DNA of 64,000 nucleotides from Macrostomum lignano (Eukaryota): contig NIVC01001010.1 of assembly GCA_002269645.1 (NCBI GenBank), positions 186,001 to 250,000 on the forward strand. The letters run 5' to 3'. The translations under genes and the position numbers were made by a program. The notes below the pieces were generated by a model. That model did not search any database and had not been told where the DNA came from. It saw only the letters and a list, made by a program, of their open reading frames with translations. This document shows, piece after piece, positions 10,546 through 22,345 of this stretch (positions within the stretch are counted from its first letter, which is position 1; every line of letters begins with the position of its first letter).

Positions 10546-13500
10546 TTATAATTCAATGACAATCTATCAATATAATTTCCATGAAGTTGCAATTCATCAA
10601 TTTAATCATAATACCCAACATCACCATGAAATTGCAGTCTATCAAGACTATTAAATTGAGATCCAAAAAATGCTTTCTATATTTAAAATATTCAAGTTAG
10701 AGATGTCAGTAGTTAGGGTTAAAGTTAGGGTTAGGGTTACAGTTATTATCATTTCATTGTTTTTTCATTTCATTGCTATTTGTAGCTTGTACTGGGTATT
10801 CATTATGTACACTGAGCTCTATTGATGCCACTCCCAATAGGGGGGGGTTAATTGAATTGTATACAAAACATATTAGAAAATTCAAAGAATGATTTTTTAA
10901 TGTTGTGCTTTTTGTTTTCATGTTTAAAGCAAGAAAATTATATCCCAAACTTAGCATTGTGGGCTCTTTTGAGCAATATAAGTCTTTCTTCTCAAAGTAT
11001 AAAACTCAAGGAACAGTTAGCCTTTGAAATTTCCCAATTTCTTAACTACTTGCCTGAAAGGCTTGCAAGTTTGTTCATTGAATTTCACTCCCAGCTAATA
11101 CAAAGGGCTAATAGTAAAACCAATTGAATCTCGACACAGTCCTATCTATCATTTTATTCTGTAAATTTCTATGTATACTCAGCCTAAGCCCAACCCCTTG
11201 TTCTAGGAGAAACATCAAATTTAATTGTGCCCCAACATGGGGGAAATTATTTGCCTTGAATGTGGAACATATGCACTTATGCCCTCCCCCCCCAATATAT
11301 AGCAACCTGCAGACAGAGGTTAGGGTGGCTTTTTTACAAACAAACTGCAACCCTTCCACTGGAAAGGCAGAGTATCCATAGAAAGGCAAAAGAAGATTAA
11401 GAAATAAGTTTTTTGCTTTTTTAGAGAACTTAAAATGTGAACATAAAATATTGAAAGAAAAGAAAGAAAATTTGCTGTTTTTCTATATAAGTTTCAATGC
11501 TAAGTTGCAAGTAGCCTAGGAGGAGTTACATCGCATACACATACATATACAACACAAAATTCATATGCAAAATGAAAAGGCAAATATAGTAGTGAACTAG
11601 AAAAATTAAAAAACATGAAGTTAAAGTGAAAAAGACTATTATACACTTTTTAGACAAACATTTCTTATGCAAACAATAAATGTTACTATTTAAACAATTC
11701 TTTTGTTTACTGATTATTTCTAATATAAATATTTAAAGTTTAGTTTCGTTTTGTTGATCTTTAGCAGTATACTTTTCTCCATTGTTATTATGCCTTTTGG
11801 GACCAATTTTAAATAGTCTTTATTTGCCTAAGTATACTTGGGGTTACTTTGATCAAAGTTAGTGCATTGTCTAATTGAAGAATAGCATTATATATAATCC
11901 ACTGAGCAATAATGCTTTTGTTAAAAGGGTTTTCAACCATGTGAGTTTTATTGATAGAAAATCTATTCTTTTTGCTTGTCTATGCAAAAGAACTAGGACC
12001 ATACAAACAACAATCTAAAGTTGATATAATTTAGTCAATTCAACTTTGGTGTTAAATACCAGTGGAAAAAAGTACATAAATGATTATCAAAAGCATGGAA
12101 GGTCTGCAAAGCTTCAATGATTCCATTATATCCTTGCAACCTTGGCCTAGCAGTAGTGGGTATTACAAAGTATAGTACTAAGTAAAGGTAGGTCCTTGCT
12201 TAGCCTACAATCAGGTGCTAGGGCAAGAAATTCCTAAAAGTCTAGGGTATTAAGAAATGCCCATGTATTGGGATGCAGTGGTGTCAATCACTTTTAGCAA
12301 GGCATCAAGATGCACTAGCTAGTGTACAAAATGTATATATATAACTTTGATTATGATATATATTTTACCAGTGCTCTCCTTTAACCTAGCCAAGTTAGTG
12401 TTAGGACAACCCCCTATTCAACCCCCTAGGCAACCAAAAAGAGGAAGTTAGATTATACTTATGAAGTTTGCATAAGAGGCCAGCCAATATAACATAATAG
12501 CCTTTTGATTTAAGTGATTAATTTGGCTAGTATCATCTAGCTTATCTGCCTAGTCTGCTAATGACAAATTATTGCATTATCCATGGATCATAAGGTAAAA
12601 AGAGCAAATGAAAGTGCAGTCCTACCCCATGGCACAGCAAGTGCCACTAAATATCTAGCACTTGTGAGGGGAAGGCCAAACACTCTCTAACCCATCTCCA
12701 ATCTCCCCTTCTACTGCTAAGCCAAACCCCTAGCCAACCACCTTGCCTAGGAGAAGGCAACATCAAAACTGCCACCTGGCCTAGCTATACACTAACCTGG
12801 CAATGCTGGTTGCAGCCAATCATAGTGCAAGGCTAAAGAAATAATTAGCAAATCATCCCAGTTTAAACCATCAGCTGTTTTATATACAAAAAATAGATAA
12901 AAAGGTGACTTAACCTGCCTAAGAAGGCAAGGTGCATTTGCATTGCAAAATTGCATGCTACAATAGCTCTTTGGTTGCTATGAAAGTAACTAATTGACTA
13001 ATTGTCCAATTTGCCTATTTATGCATTAGCCATTTGCATTCAGTGAAAAGTTTTATTAACTGCTTGAACTACTATCTTAAATGCAGGTTGCAGCTTTATC
13101 CAAAAGCAACAAAGGTGATAGCAGGCTAATTGCCTTTGCAAGCAGTTATGCTAATGGTCACTTTAAAATGAGCTTTTAAGTTTTTATTAAAAACTTCTAG
13201 CATGATATGCAGAAGGCTAGCATCTATTGCTGACTGTCTTATATACCAATATTTGCAATTGCTTCTTGAGCTGCAGAACCAAAGTACACAATTGGCTTTT
13301 ACATTTCCTGCTTATTTATATCTAGGTTCACCATCTTTGACACTGATATGCATTTTATTAGTTTGTTAAAGTTTAAAAGTTGTTAATTAGTTAAAGTTGA
13401 AAAAAACTCTTATTATTAAAAAATAAATTCATTACAAAAGTTGACTTATAAGCAACTTTATGTTTGGTATAAACATTTTGATTTACATTGGCTTTAAATA

Positions 13501-15065
13501 AAAAAACTAGGATTTTTATTCTAGAATCTAGTATGTATGTATCATGATCTAGACTATTGGTTATAGACTTGCATAGCAAGTACATGGTTGTAAATGGTTG
13601 TTTCTCTACTCATCTAGCCAATAGAATGACTACTAGGTTGGTCTTGCATGATAGTATGCTTTCTTTTAGACAACCAAGTTAGACAATAGAGTAGAGGCAT
13701 GCCAATAGAAGAGAATAGTGCTTGGGGAATGCAATAATTTCTCTGTCAATGTTCACCTTAAGCAAAGAGATACAAGTAAAACCAAAGATTGCATTGGTCC
13801 ATATAGAACAAAGAAGCACTGAATCTGATTTCATATAATGTGGTTTTTTACTGATTTTACAAAACAGAAAACAGGTATACCTATTGGTATTATTATTTAC
13901 ATATGCAATTCCTTGTATGTGATTTTATGAAACTTTTTAACATAGGCAAAATAAAAACATCTTTGATTAAGGTAGCAAATTTTTCATATTATGTTTTTTT
14001 CTTCAACTAAAATGTACTAATACTTATTTTTAACTGTCAAGGTTTTTTATTTTGCTAGTATAAGATGGCTGAACTTAGTGCAAAAGCAAGTAGGCTACAC
14101 TAGGTAACAAGGCAATACTGCAAAATGGTTTTTCATTTTTGAAAATAAGCAGACTGATATGCAAATAGGCACATGAGTAAGCTGCAGCTAGATCTATCCT
14201 GCTGCACTGAATGCTATAGCTACATTGGCCTTATTTCTTACAATTAAGAAGCATTCCATAGTAAGCTAAACAAGAGATTTGAGTTGGAGTATAATATAAA
14301 AATTATTTAAAAATAGTTCAATAAAAGATAAATTTAATATTTAGAAAAACACAACACTACTTATATATTTAATTTTAGGCTGTATACCAGGTAGTTCATA
14401 GCCTACTCTATTCTATCCTTGGTTCTTGAGAGAGTATAAGTGGTAGGTAACAGCAAAGCATAAATGTATAGGAAACTGCAACCACCTAAGTAGCACTGGT
14501 AGGCTTGCAGCATTGGGCTCTAGAGCAATCCTTGGTAGCATGACAATTTTGCCTTAGAAAGCATTAGAAGCAATCTGGCACTCTAGCACATTGGGTTGCA
14601 TCTTGGCTACAATCAGTCTTATGCAATTGCACAACCTAGATAGATAAAGATTTTTTAGCAGCATCATGGGCACTCCCACCTTTAGCTTGATCATAGCTTG
14701 TCTTATGAAAGACAGAAGACAAGTTTCTAGACTCGGTGACAAAGCCAATCTATAGATATATTAGTGCTTCTATTTGTGCAAGACAAATACTATTATACAG
14801 TTGTAAGATCATTTAGCAGCTAAATAGTCAAGGTGTCTTGACTTGGTTGGTGGGCAGTTGCACATATATGATGATTTATTAAGTTATATGCAAAAGTTAC
14901 AAATTTAAATAATAGTTTGTTACTAGGAGATTACTTTTCAATTTATTTTTTAGGCGTGATATTGCTACAAAAATGTAAAAGACATTGTATGTGTCTGCAA
15001 CTTTTTGTATATGTCAAGCAATATTATACTAAAGTAATTGATTTCAAATGCATGCCAACTAAAAC

Positions 15066-18000
15066 ATGGGTGGAGACAAAAAAGAGAAGAAAAAGAAGAA
15101 GCATCGTGAAGCTGAATTAGCTGATTCTGTCGGAGAGATGCACACATCGGAGAACTTCATCATTCAGCCATCAGAGCGAGTTGCCAGTCTAGATGCTTCT
15201 CATTGGCCTATCCTGTTGAAGAATTTTGACAAGCTAAATGTGCGCACCAATCACTACACACCGTTGCCATTTGGCTGCTGTCCGTTAAAGCGTCCAATTA
15301 AAGACTATGTTTCGTGAGTGTTCAAACAAATTGCTTTTACAGCTTTTAGTTCATCTTGGTAAACTTTTTGCTGAATGGATCAGAGGCAGGGGTTATGGTT
15401 GTTGTGTAATAGATTAGGGGCTATGGGAATTGTATAATAGACCAGGGGCTATGGGAATTGTGTAATATACCAGAAGTTGTATAATAGACCAGGGGCTATG
15501 GGAATATATTAATAAAAATATATATAGATATTTGAAATAAATATATTATTCAAATACGTTCCCTGCTACTAGCTTAGGGTTAGAAATTGTCCTAAATTAA
15601 AAATCCGATTTCTCAAACAGATCCGGCGTCATCAATCTTGACAAGCCGAGCAATCCCAGCTCGCACGAGGTTGTCTCGTGGGTCAAGCAGATACTGAAGG
15701 TGGACAAAACTGGTCACAGCGGCACCCTTGATCCGAAGGTCACCGGCTGCCTCATCGTGTGCATCGGCCGGGCTACCCGGTTAGTGAAGAGTCAGCAGTC
15801 TGCTGGCAAAGAGTACGTGGCCATTTTCAAGCTGCACTCTCTGGTCAAGGATGAGAAACGCCTTCTAGCCGCAGTTGAGACTCTCACTGGCGCTCTGTTC
15901 CAACGGCCGCCATTGATTTCGTCTGTTAAACGCCAGCTACGAATTCGAACAGTGTATAAATCGAAGCTGTTGGAGTATAATGCCAACAGAGGAATTGGTG
16001 AGCCTGTTTTAGCCTGTTTAACAATACGCTTGTATTAGCTATTGGCAAAGTAACAAAGGAAGGCATAAAAATTCGGATAGAACTATTAAATTTTCTTTTA
16101 TTAAAAGTAAAACGCAGCAATAGTGTAGTCACTATTGTTGGTTCATTTAAAAAGAAGAAATCTACAATTGACTGCCGAACCCCAACCAGTTTATTTGTAG
16201 TCACTCACTCAGTCAGACATTATTTAGCTTGATAATTTAAATGCAAATGAACTGGAAAAAGCATTAAAAGGACTCATAGTACTACTATCGAGACTACTTT
16301 CACGTATTAAAATGTGAATCACGTTTTCCTAGTGTATAAGTGCCTAGTTGCCACGTAAAACGTTTAGGTTTAGTTATAGTTTGAGTTTAATGAAGTAACT
16401 ATTTAGAGCAGGCATATGGTTCAATATGAATATCTAACACGCTGAACTGTAGGCATTCTGTGGCTTGACTGCGAGGCCGGCACCTACGTTCGCACGTTGT
16501 GCGTACATCTCGGCCTGCTGCTTGGCGTCGGCGGCCAGATGATTGAATTGCGTCGCGTCCGATCCGGCCTGCACAAAGAGAAGGTATTGAATGTTGATGT
16601 TTGAGGACAGCAAGATTCAGTATGTAGGATTTTGTTACACACTGGTTTTCAGCAGGAGTCTTAATAAAGTGCTTTTGGTACTTTGATAGGATTCTTAATA
16701 TAGTGCTTTTGGTACTTTGATAGGATTCTTAATAAAGTGATTTTGGTACTTTGATAGGATTCTTAATAAAGTGCTTTTGGTACTTTGATAGGATTCTTAA
16801 TAAAGTGCTTTTGGTACTTTGATAGGATTCTTAATATAGTGCTTTTGGTACTTTAATAGAATTCTTAATAAAGTGCTTTTGATACTTTGATAAACTTTTA
16901 GCAACTTCTTTACTTTCAGATTTTTAATCTTGTTAGGGTTCTTTATAACCTTATTATAATTCTTAGACTATCCTTCGGGTGATTTGTCTGCCCCATGTTT
17001 CCTAGTGGACTCTGACCTCAATTCAGTCATGGCTGTACATCCTGTGTGAGTGTATAAGTGCATGCCTCGTATTGGCGCGCTTGTATGTGCTCAGAACGCC
17101 CGCAGCCCTATTAGCATCGGTATAGCAGCACCGATTACACTGCCCCACCCCCTCCTACAGGACAACTTGGTCACCATGCACGACGTGCTAGACGCCCAGT
17201 GGATGTACGAGAATCACAAAGACGAGTCCTATCTGCGCCGGTCAATCCGGCCGCTTGAGTGCCTGCTAACCGGACACAAGCGCGTCTTTGTCAAGGACAG
17301 CGCCGTTAATGCAGTCTGCTACGGCGCCAGGATTCTGCTGCCCGGCGTGCTGCGCTACGAGGACGGCATCTCAGTTGGCGAAGAGATTGTCGTCTGCACT
17401 ACTAAGGGTGAAGCCATCTGCATTGGTAAGTTGAAGATGAAACATCACATTTTTTTCAGCGTGAAATTGATTATAAAATACTTTTGGATTCCTTAATTGA
17501 AAATTCTCTATTAACAGTGGGTAAACAAATGTGTACTCTATTTTTTTAATTCTCAGCTATCGCCCAGATGACAACGGCGGTGATGGCCTCCTGCGACCAC
17601 GGCATGGTGGCCAAATCCAAGCGAGTAATCATGGAGCGCGACACCTATCCGCGCAAATGGGGCCTCGGCAATCGGGCTGTTGAGAAGAAGAAGCTCATTG
17701 CCGCTGGCCTGCTTGGCAAATTCGGCAAGCCGAACGATAAGACGCCGAAAGAGTGGCTGCAGCACTGCCCGCCGCTTGAGCAGTCCGGCTCGGCTACTAA
17801 GTGAGTAAACAAATTCTTCCGTTTAATTCTATTGTATATTTGCTACTGTTCACTCGCTGTACACCTTGTGTGAGCGTGTGTATGAGTGCTGTGACTGAGT
17901 ACAGCATTGGCGCGCTTGTGCAGTGTGCTCAGGGGTCAGCGGAATGGGCAGACTTGCCGTCAGCGCTGGTTGTGGGACGATGCCGCCGCCAGGGTGGTTT

Positions 18001-18303
18001 CACAATATCTAAAATTCGTGTGCTACAGCTGCAGTATATATTTATACATGATGAAGCATGCAACAACAATTTCAGGTCACCTGCTAACGACAAAGGGGCT
18101 GAGACGACCGCAACGCCAAGCGCTTCAGCTTCAAAGGTAATAATTAATGGTTTTGATCGGGTCGTACGCTTCAGTTTATATCCACCAAGTAGCTTTATAA
18201 TGTGCCTTGAATTATAATATATGATTGTTTTGTCTTCTAGAAGGCCGCCAAAAAGCCTGCGCCGCCGGACTCGTCCGATTCTGATTCGTCAGATTCCGAT
18301 TGA
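15066..18303 (+). CDS. DKC1: Dyskerin / Cbf5 H/ACA pseudouridine synthase, 7 exons, 462 aa
   Basis: Exons 15066-15313, 15621-15997, 16453-16583, 17161-17425, 17557-17800, 18076-18136, 18241-18303. All introns are GT..AG, phases are compatible, total 1389 nt. Motifs: [14 protein letters not shown], catalytic [26 protein letters not shown] domain, [13 protein letters not shown]. Confidence 0.97.
15385..15505. repeat. Intron 1 minisatellite (AGGGGCTATGGGAATTGT.TAATAGACC)
   Basis: 3-4 diverged units. Confidence 0.7.
16659..16893. repeat. 34-bp minisatellite in dyskerin intron 3
   Basis: TCTTAATAAAGTGCTTTTGGTACTTTGATAGGAT, about 7 units. Confidence 0.92.
17031..17142 (+). ncRNA. Candidate intronic structured RNA A (H/ACA-like or pre-miRNA/mirtron-like)
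   Basis: Closing stem GGCTG/CAGCC; long upper stem TGAGTGTAT-AAGTGC / GCGCTT-ATGTGCTCA; small hairpin ATCGGT/ACCGAT followed by ACA+3 nt. Paralog of element B. No canonical H box after the large hairpin. Confidence 0.55.
17855..18007 (+). ncRNA. Candidate intronic structured RNA B (paralog of A)
   Basis: Closing stem CGCTG/CAGCG; upper stem TGAGCGTG-TGTAT-GAGTGC / GCGCTT-GTGCA-TGTGCTCA; identical ATTGGCGCGCTTGT; two smaller hairpins, then ACA at 18002-18004. Confidence 0.55.
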
Positions 18304-19802
18304 TCGCCTGGTAAGCGGATTCTGGTATGCCAATGTTAATTGCTACAGCTTAGAAATGATGCCCAAAAATGTCTGATCCGAATCTTGCTGTGGAATCTAA
18401 TAAATACACTGATCTGTTGCTCAATGAGTCAAGAATTATTTTCTGATTTATCGATGATAAAAGTCTGGATAAAATATTTTGTTATAAACCTTTCTTTCCA
18501 GATTTTTCCAAACTGCGACTTCCCCTTGGACGAGCTGCAGTTTCGAATGACTTGATAATGAAGTCTGGCTTAAATTGATTTCTTGTAAAAAATAAACGTG
18601 TCTGGTCGGTGTCAGTTGCGCTTCTGTAGTTCCATTTTATGTCGCATTGTTCGCATATTTTAAAATTTAATTAAAATTTTTTTTTTCAAAAACATTTATT
18701 GGTTGAAAGCGTTTAATACTTGATAGTTCAAATTTATAAACGCATTGCAGACAGTGCCGTCTATGTTTAACGGCACTGCAAAAGCAGTTAACAAAAATCG
18801 CCGCGTTTTTTGCTGACGTTAGTAACAACTTTTTGTGAAGTGCGTGTTTCCATAGTAATTTGTAGCAAAAGCCATGCTTATTCATCTGTTTGACTATTGT
18901 GCGATTGTTGAGAGAGCGCTTCGACTGCCAAACTTTTAGCAATGAAGTGGAGACAAGGAACCTGTTGCTTGCATTTTTCATCCCCGATGATATGAAAAAT
19001 ATAAAGGAATGCAGTTTTCTCGAAGGAAGGCCTGCAAATTATTCTTTTTTAAGGCCGCTTCGTGTTTTTGGGATAAATTGTTTCTTTGATGACTTCAAAA
19101 TTGGTTTTGCTTTGTTTTCATATACTATGAAAATGGATGCTTAAGGTCCTGTCAAGTGCAAACATTGTCACAGTGTCAGTCTTGATCTACAAGAGGGGTG
19201 AGTCCTCTGAACTCTAAACGGGTGAGGGTTTTTTTAAACTCCCGAATTCGCACGTGCGTCTGCAGTCATTTTTTCAATTTTAGATGACCCGCTCCGCTTT
19301 CCGCTGTTAACTGTATTGACGCCGCGCAAAGCATAGTAAGTGTCGTATTTATCACTGCTGTGTTGTAGTAGTATGTTGCTACTTCAATAATTTATCATGA
19401 TGAAAATTGACAAGCATATGGCTGAAATAAATATGTTAGACATTCTAATGCCTGATAGTATCCGAGAGTTTGAATAGCTGCAGAAGTAAGCCAGTGTTAA
19501 AAAATGTTATGTTCAAGTCTGACTAAGTTTTCTTTGCAAATTGAATCATTTTAGATCCGAGAGACCAATCATGATTGTCCAGCTTGCGAGGTAAGAACAC
19601 TGACATACTATCAATTTTCCAGATTAACTATCTTGAGTCATTTATTTCTAGCTTTTAGCCAATAAAAGTGTAAGCGTGGCTTAAGTCTTTAACTTTCGAG
19701 TGAAGGTTTATTTTATGTAGATCGACTTGTTTAGCGCGTACGAGTATATGCTAAGGTGTGATATTTTTGAGTTTTGTGTACCAATTTCAGCAAATAAGAA
19801 TA

Positions 19803-19846
19803 CTAGACTGGCAGTCTAGTGCCCCCCTTCGGGGCGCGCAATAAGC
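19803..19846 (-). mobile_element. Helitron-like 3' terminus
   Basis: Minus strand GCCCC-GAA-GGGGGGC-ACTAGACTGCCAGTCTAG|T. Confidence 0.45.
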
Positions 19847-21166
19847 AAAGAGCAAACAATTATTCATGGAAAACAATTAAAAAGCACATTTTCTTAAGAA
19901 CCAATTCTTTCTTCAGTTTTATAAATCACCTTATTTGAGTAAAATTGTCATGGATAAAGATGTTTGCTATGAATCTCTTTTTTTCTAAAATTATTACAAA
20001 GACAAAAAAATTATTTGTTGCTTTGTTTATTTATCATTGTAAGAAACTCGAGTCCTATGTCCGGCCATTAAAAGATTAACTTGGTGCACAGATAATTAGA
20101 GTTGAGTGCCTGAAGCTGCTGCTGTTCCATTTAAGCTGCTTAGCAACTTCAGGGCTTGATTAATGCTTCGAGTGTCTAGGCAGCCTTCAGTCAAGGCTCA
20201 ATTGCCTGTCGCTAGCAGGGTGCATATGTGCTTGGGCGATAATTGGCTCCAGGCGGGGGGTCGTACCGTGGGAATCGAGGAAGAAAAGGCAACAGATGTG
20301 AGAGAAACAACATGCGAGATTAAGACAGTTAGGCTCCGTTTAGACAAGCAGCCCCCATGACGAGATGAAATTAGAGCCAGGAGCCGTGCACAAAAGGAGA
20401 TCCATATATGTCTGCTGCTCTCCTTAGGGCGCCAACGCATTGAAAATGTAAATTCTGCAACAGAATGAAAATGAATTCAATTTTATGTAGACGAAAGATA
20501 AATTGGCTGCTTGAGCTCGAGGGCTTTTTTAAGCGCTGGCTTACTGCACAGACGGTGTTTGTTGGTTGTATTTCTTGCTTTACCCACGGTCTTTTAACAA
20601 TAGATACGTGGATGAGAACGCTCTACTTCTTTTGTCTAGCTAATTCTATGCGCAACGGTGCAACTTGCCAAAAAAACAATACTCCTTTGCCCAGAGTCCA
20701 TGCCAGCTAGTTGCTCATTCTATGCATTCCGTTTTATATGCGCGGCAATAAAGTATCAAATTGCTGGCTGCCAACTCGCGTTTATTTAGTTAGTGCTGTG
20801 AGCCTTGCAGCTTCTTACAATACTAAATACAGCTCGAGGTAGGGCTTTTGCACTAGCTAAATAACTCGCTTAAGTCTTCAGTCCATTCGTCTCTTGGGCG
20901 CCCTCCGACAAAGCCACCCCACTCCGTCTAGTTATCTGCCAATTTTGCCGGCTAGAAAATAAACTGGTCCATTCTGAAAGTAGCGCCATCCTCGCACTTA
21001 GATATTTCTTGCTTGGTTGCTTCCTATTGGACAATGATGCGTCAGTGTCCGAAATATAACTGTACCATGTGGTTGTGACCAGAAAAGTATTTCAGCGCCA
21101 TTTGGTTTATTTGAATCGTCCAAAGAACAGAATCTTGCGGGACTCGAAGCAGCTATCCTTCCTGCC

Positions 21167-22345
21167 ATGCCGATAGGCCGGTACAAACATGTCGCATCGC
21201 GTTTCCAACAGCGGCGCACCCTGCCGCCGGACTGCAAGTCTTGGATCGAGCAGCGTGACGAGGAGCCATCAGAGGAGCCGTCGGCATCGACTCCTAACGC
21301 ATCGGCTGCGACGGCGGCCGCAGCAACTGGCAGTGGTCGCATGGGTGGCGACCTGCCCGAGAATGTGACGGAGGAGCGTCTCTACCAGACCCGATTATAC
21401 GATCTGGCTCTAGAACGAAAAAAGATGATGAATGAAAGTGACTACGTTCGCAATCAGTTTATTGATCATCAGGTACGCAAAGCCCGTTCCAAATCACTTG
21501 GCCGATTGTTACAAGGCATGGACATTGAGCAGTATCGCAACAAAAGTGCTAGTGGAGTTGAAAAGCTGCATCAGCGATCTGTCCACGCCAAGCTCATGAT
21601 CCTGGCTAATAGACGGCTGGGTCTTAGCATAGATGAGGTTTCCAAATTCACCGAGGCTGAGCTACGCAGTCGGTTAAATTTACCGCTCCCTCAAGATGAG
21701 GCAACCAACCCAAGCCCAGCGGCATTAGCAACAACGAATCTTCCAACTGTACACGAGCAACAGCAGCAGCCATTGCGGCCGTCGACATCCCGGACACACA
21801 TTCGTGGTTCTGTGGGATGGGCAGACCAACCGCCTGCATTTGCATCTCGGCCCGGCAGCCACCGTCTGGGCTCCAATGCATTTGCCCCAGCCTCGGCACT
21901 TTCTCTAGGATTGCCTGGCGTCACCAGTGCCGGGAATAACCGTAGCTATCGTCATCAGTCCAGCAGCTATATGGCGCGCGGATCTATCGCTTCAGGCGCC
22001 CCATCGGGCTACGGCGGTCAGTCTTCGACGCAGGATCGTCGACCAAGGACTGCGTCCGCCAGGCGGCGCGTCCAATCGGACCCCCGCTGCGTCCAACTGA
22101 TCAACACGCTGACACCGCGCTATAGACCGGCGAACAAGCCGCAGGACGTGAGTGCCATTATAAAGGCCAATCCATCTCTAAAGCGAAGCAGTGACGACGA
22201 GGCGCAGCAACACTCAGAGCCGCAACAGCACAGGCAACAAAAGACAGTAAAAGGCAGGCGCACCCGTCGTGAAGCGCTAGAGATGTTGGACTACATTGTG
22301 AGAACTCGATATTATGATGCTGGAAATTTAGCCAGCCTCAGCTGA
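21167..22345 (+). CDS. Intronless uncharacterised protein, 392 aa
   Basis: Long GC-rich non-repetitive ORF. Predicted helical charged segment (YDLALERKKMMNESDYVRNQF...LANRRLGLS) and a long S/P/R-rich disordered region. No family recognised. Confidence 0.7.
   Translation: MPIGRYKHVASRFQQRRTLPPDCKSWIEQRDEEPSEEPSASTPNASAATAAAATGSGRMGGDLPENVTEERLYQTRLYDLALERKKMMNESDYVRNQFIDHQVRKARSKSLGRLLQGMDIEQYRNKSASGVEKLHQRSVHAKLMILANRRLGLSIDEVSKFTEAELRSRLNLPLPQDEATNPSPAALATTNLPTVHEQQQQPLRPSTSRTHIRGSVGWADQPPAFASRPGSHRLGSNAFAPASALSLGLPGVTSAGNNRSYRHQSSSYMARGSIASGAPSGYGGQSSTQDRRPRTASARRRVQSDPRCVQLINTLTPRYRPANKPQDVSAIIKANPSLKRSSDDEAQQHSEPQQHRQQKTVKGRRTRREALEMLDYIVRTRYYDAGNLASLS

Noticed and set aside
10852-11389. 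Short ORFs as exons or transposase remnants
   Set aside because: No recognisable motif or convincing splice frame; CpG-depleted decayed DNA.
16096-16222. Possible H/ACA snoRNA in dyskerin intron 2 (11-bp hairpin CAGCAATAGTG/CACTATTGTTG, AGAAGA, ACA)
   Set aside because: The two possible 3' hairpins are mutually exclusive and neither gives the 14-16-nt pocket-to-ACA spacing. The AT-rich context makes boxes easy to find. Worth a snoRNA scan but not called.
17031-18007. Elements A/B as telomerase RNA, Y/vault RNA, U17 or C/D guides
   Set aside because: No CCCUAA-type template, no Ro60 bulge or Pol III terminator, no U17 m1/m2 motifs, and no C/D box pair flanking the conserved 14-mer.
18667-20710. 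Scattered 65-105-aa ORFs between dyskerin and the orphan gene
   Set aside because: No domains or consistent splice chain found.
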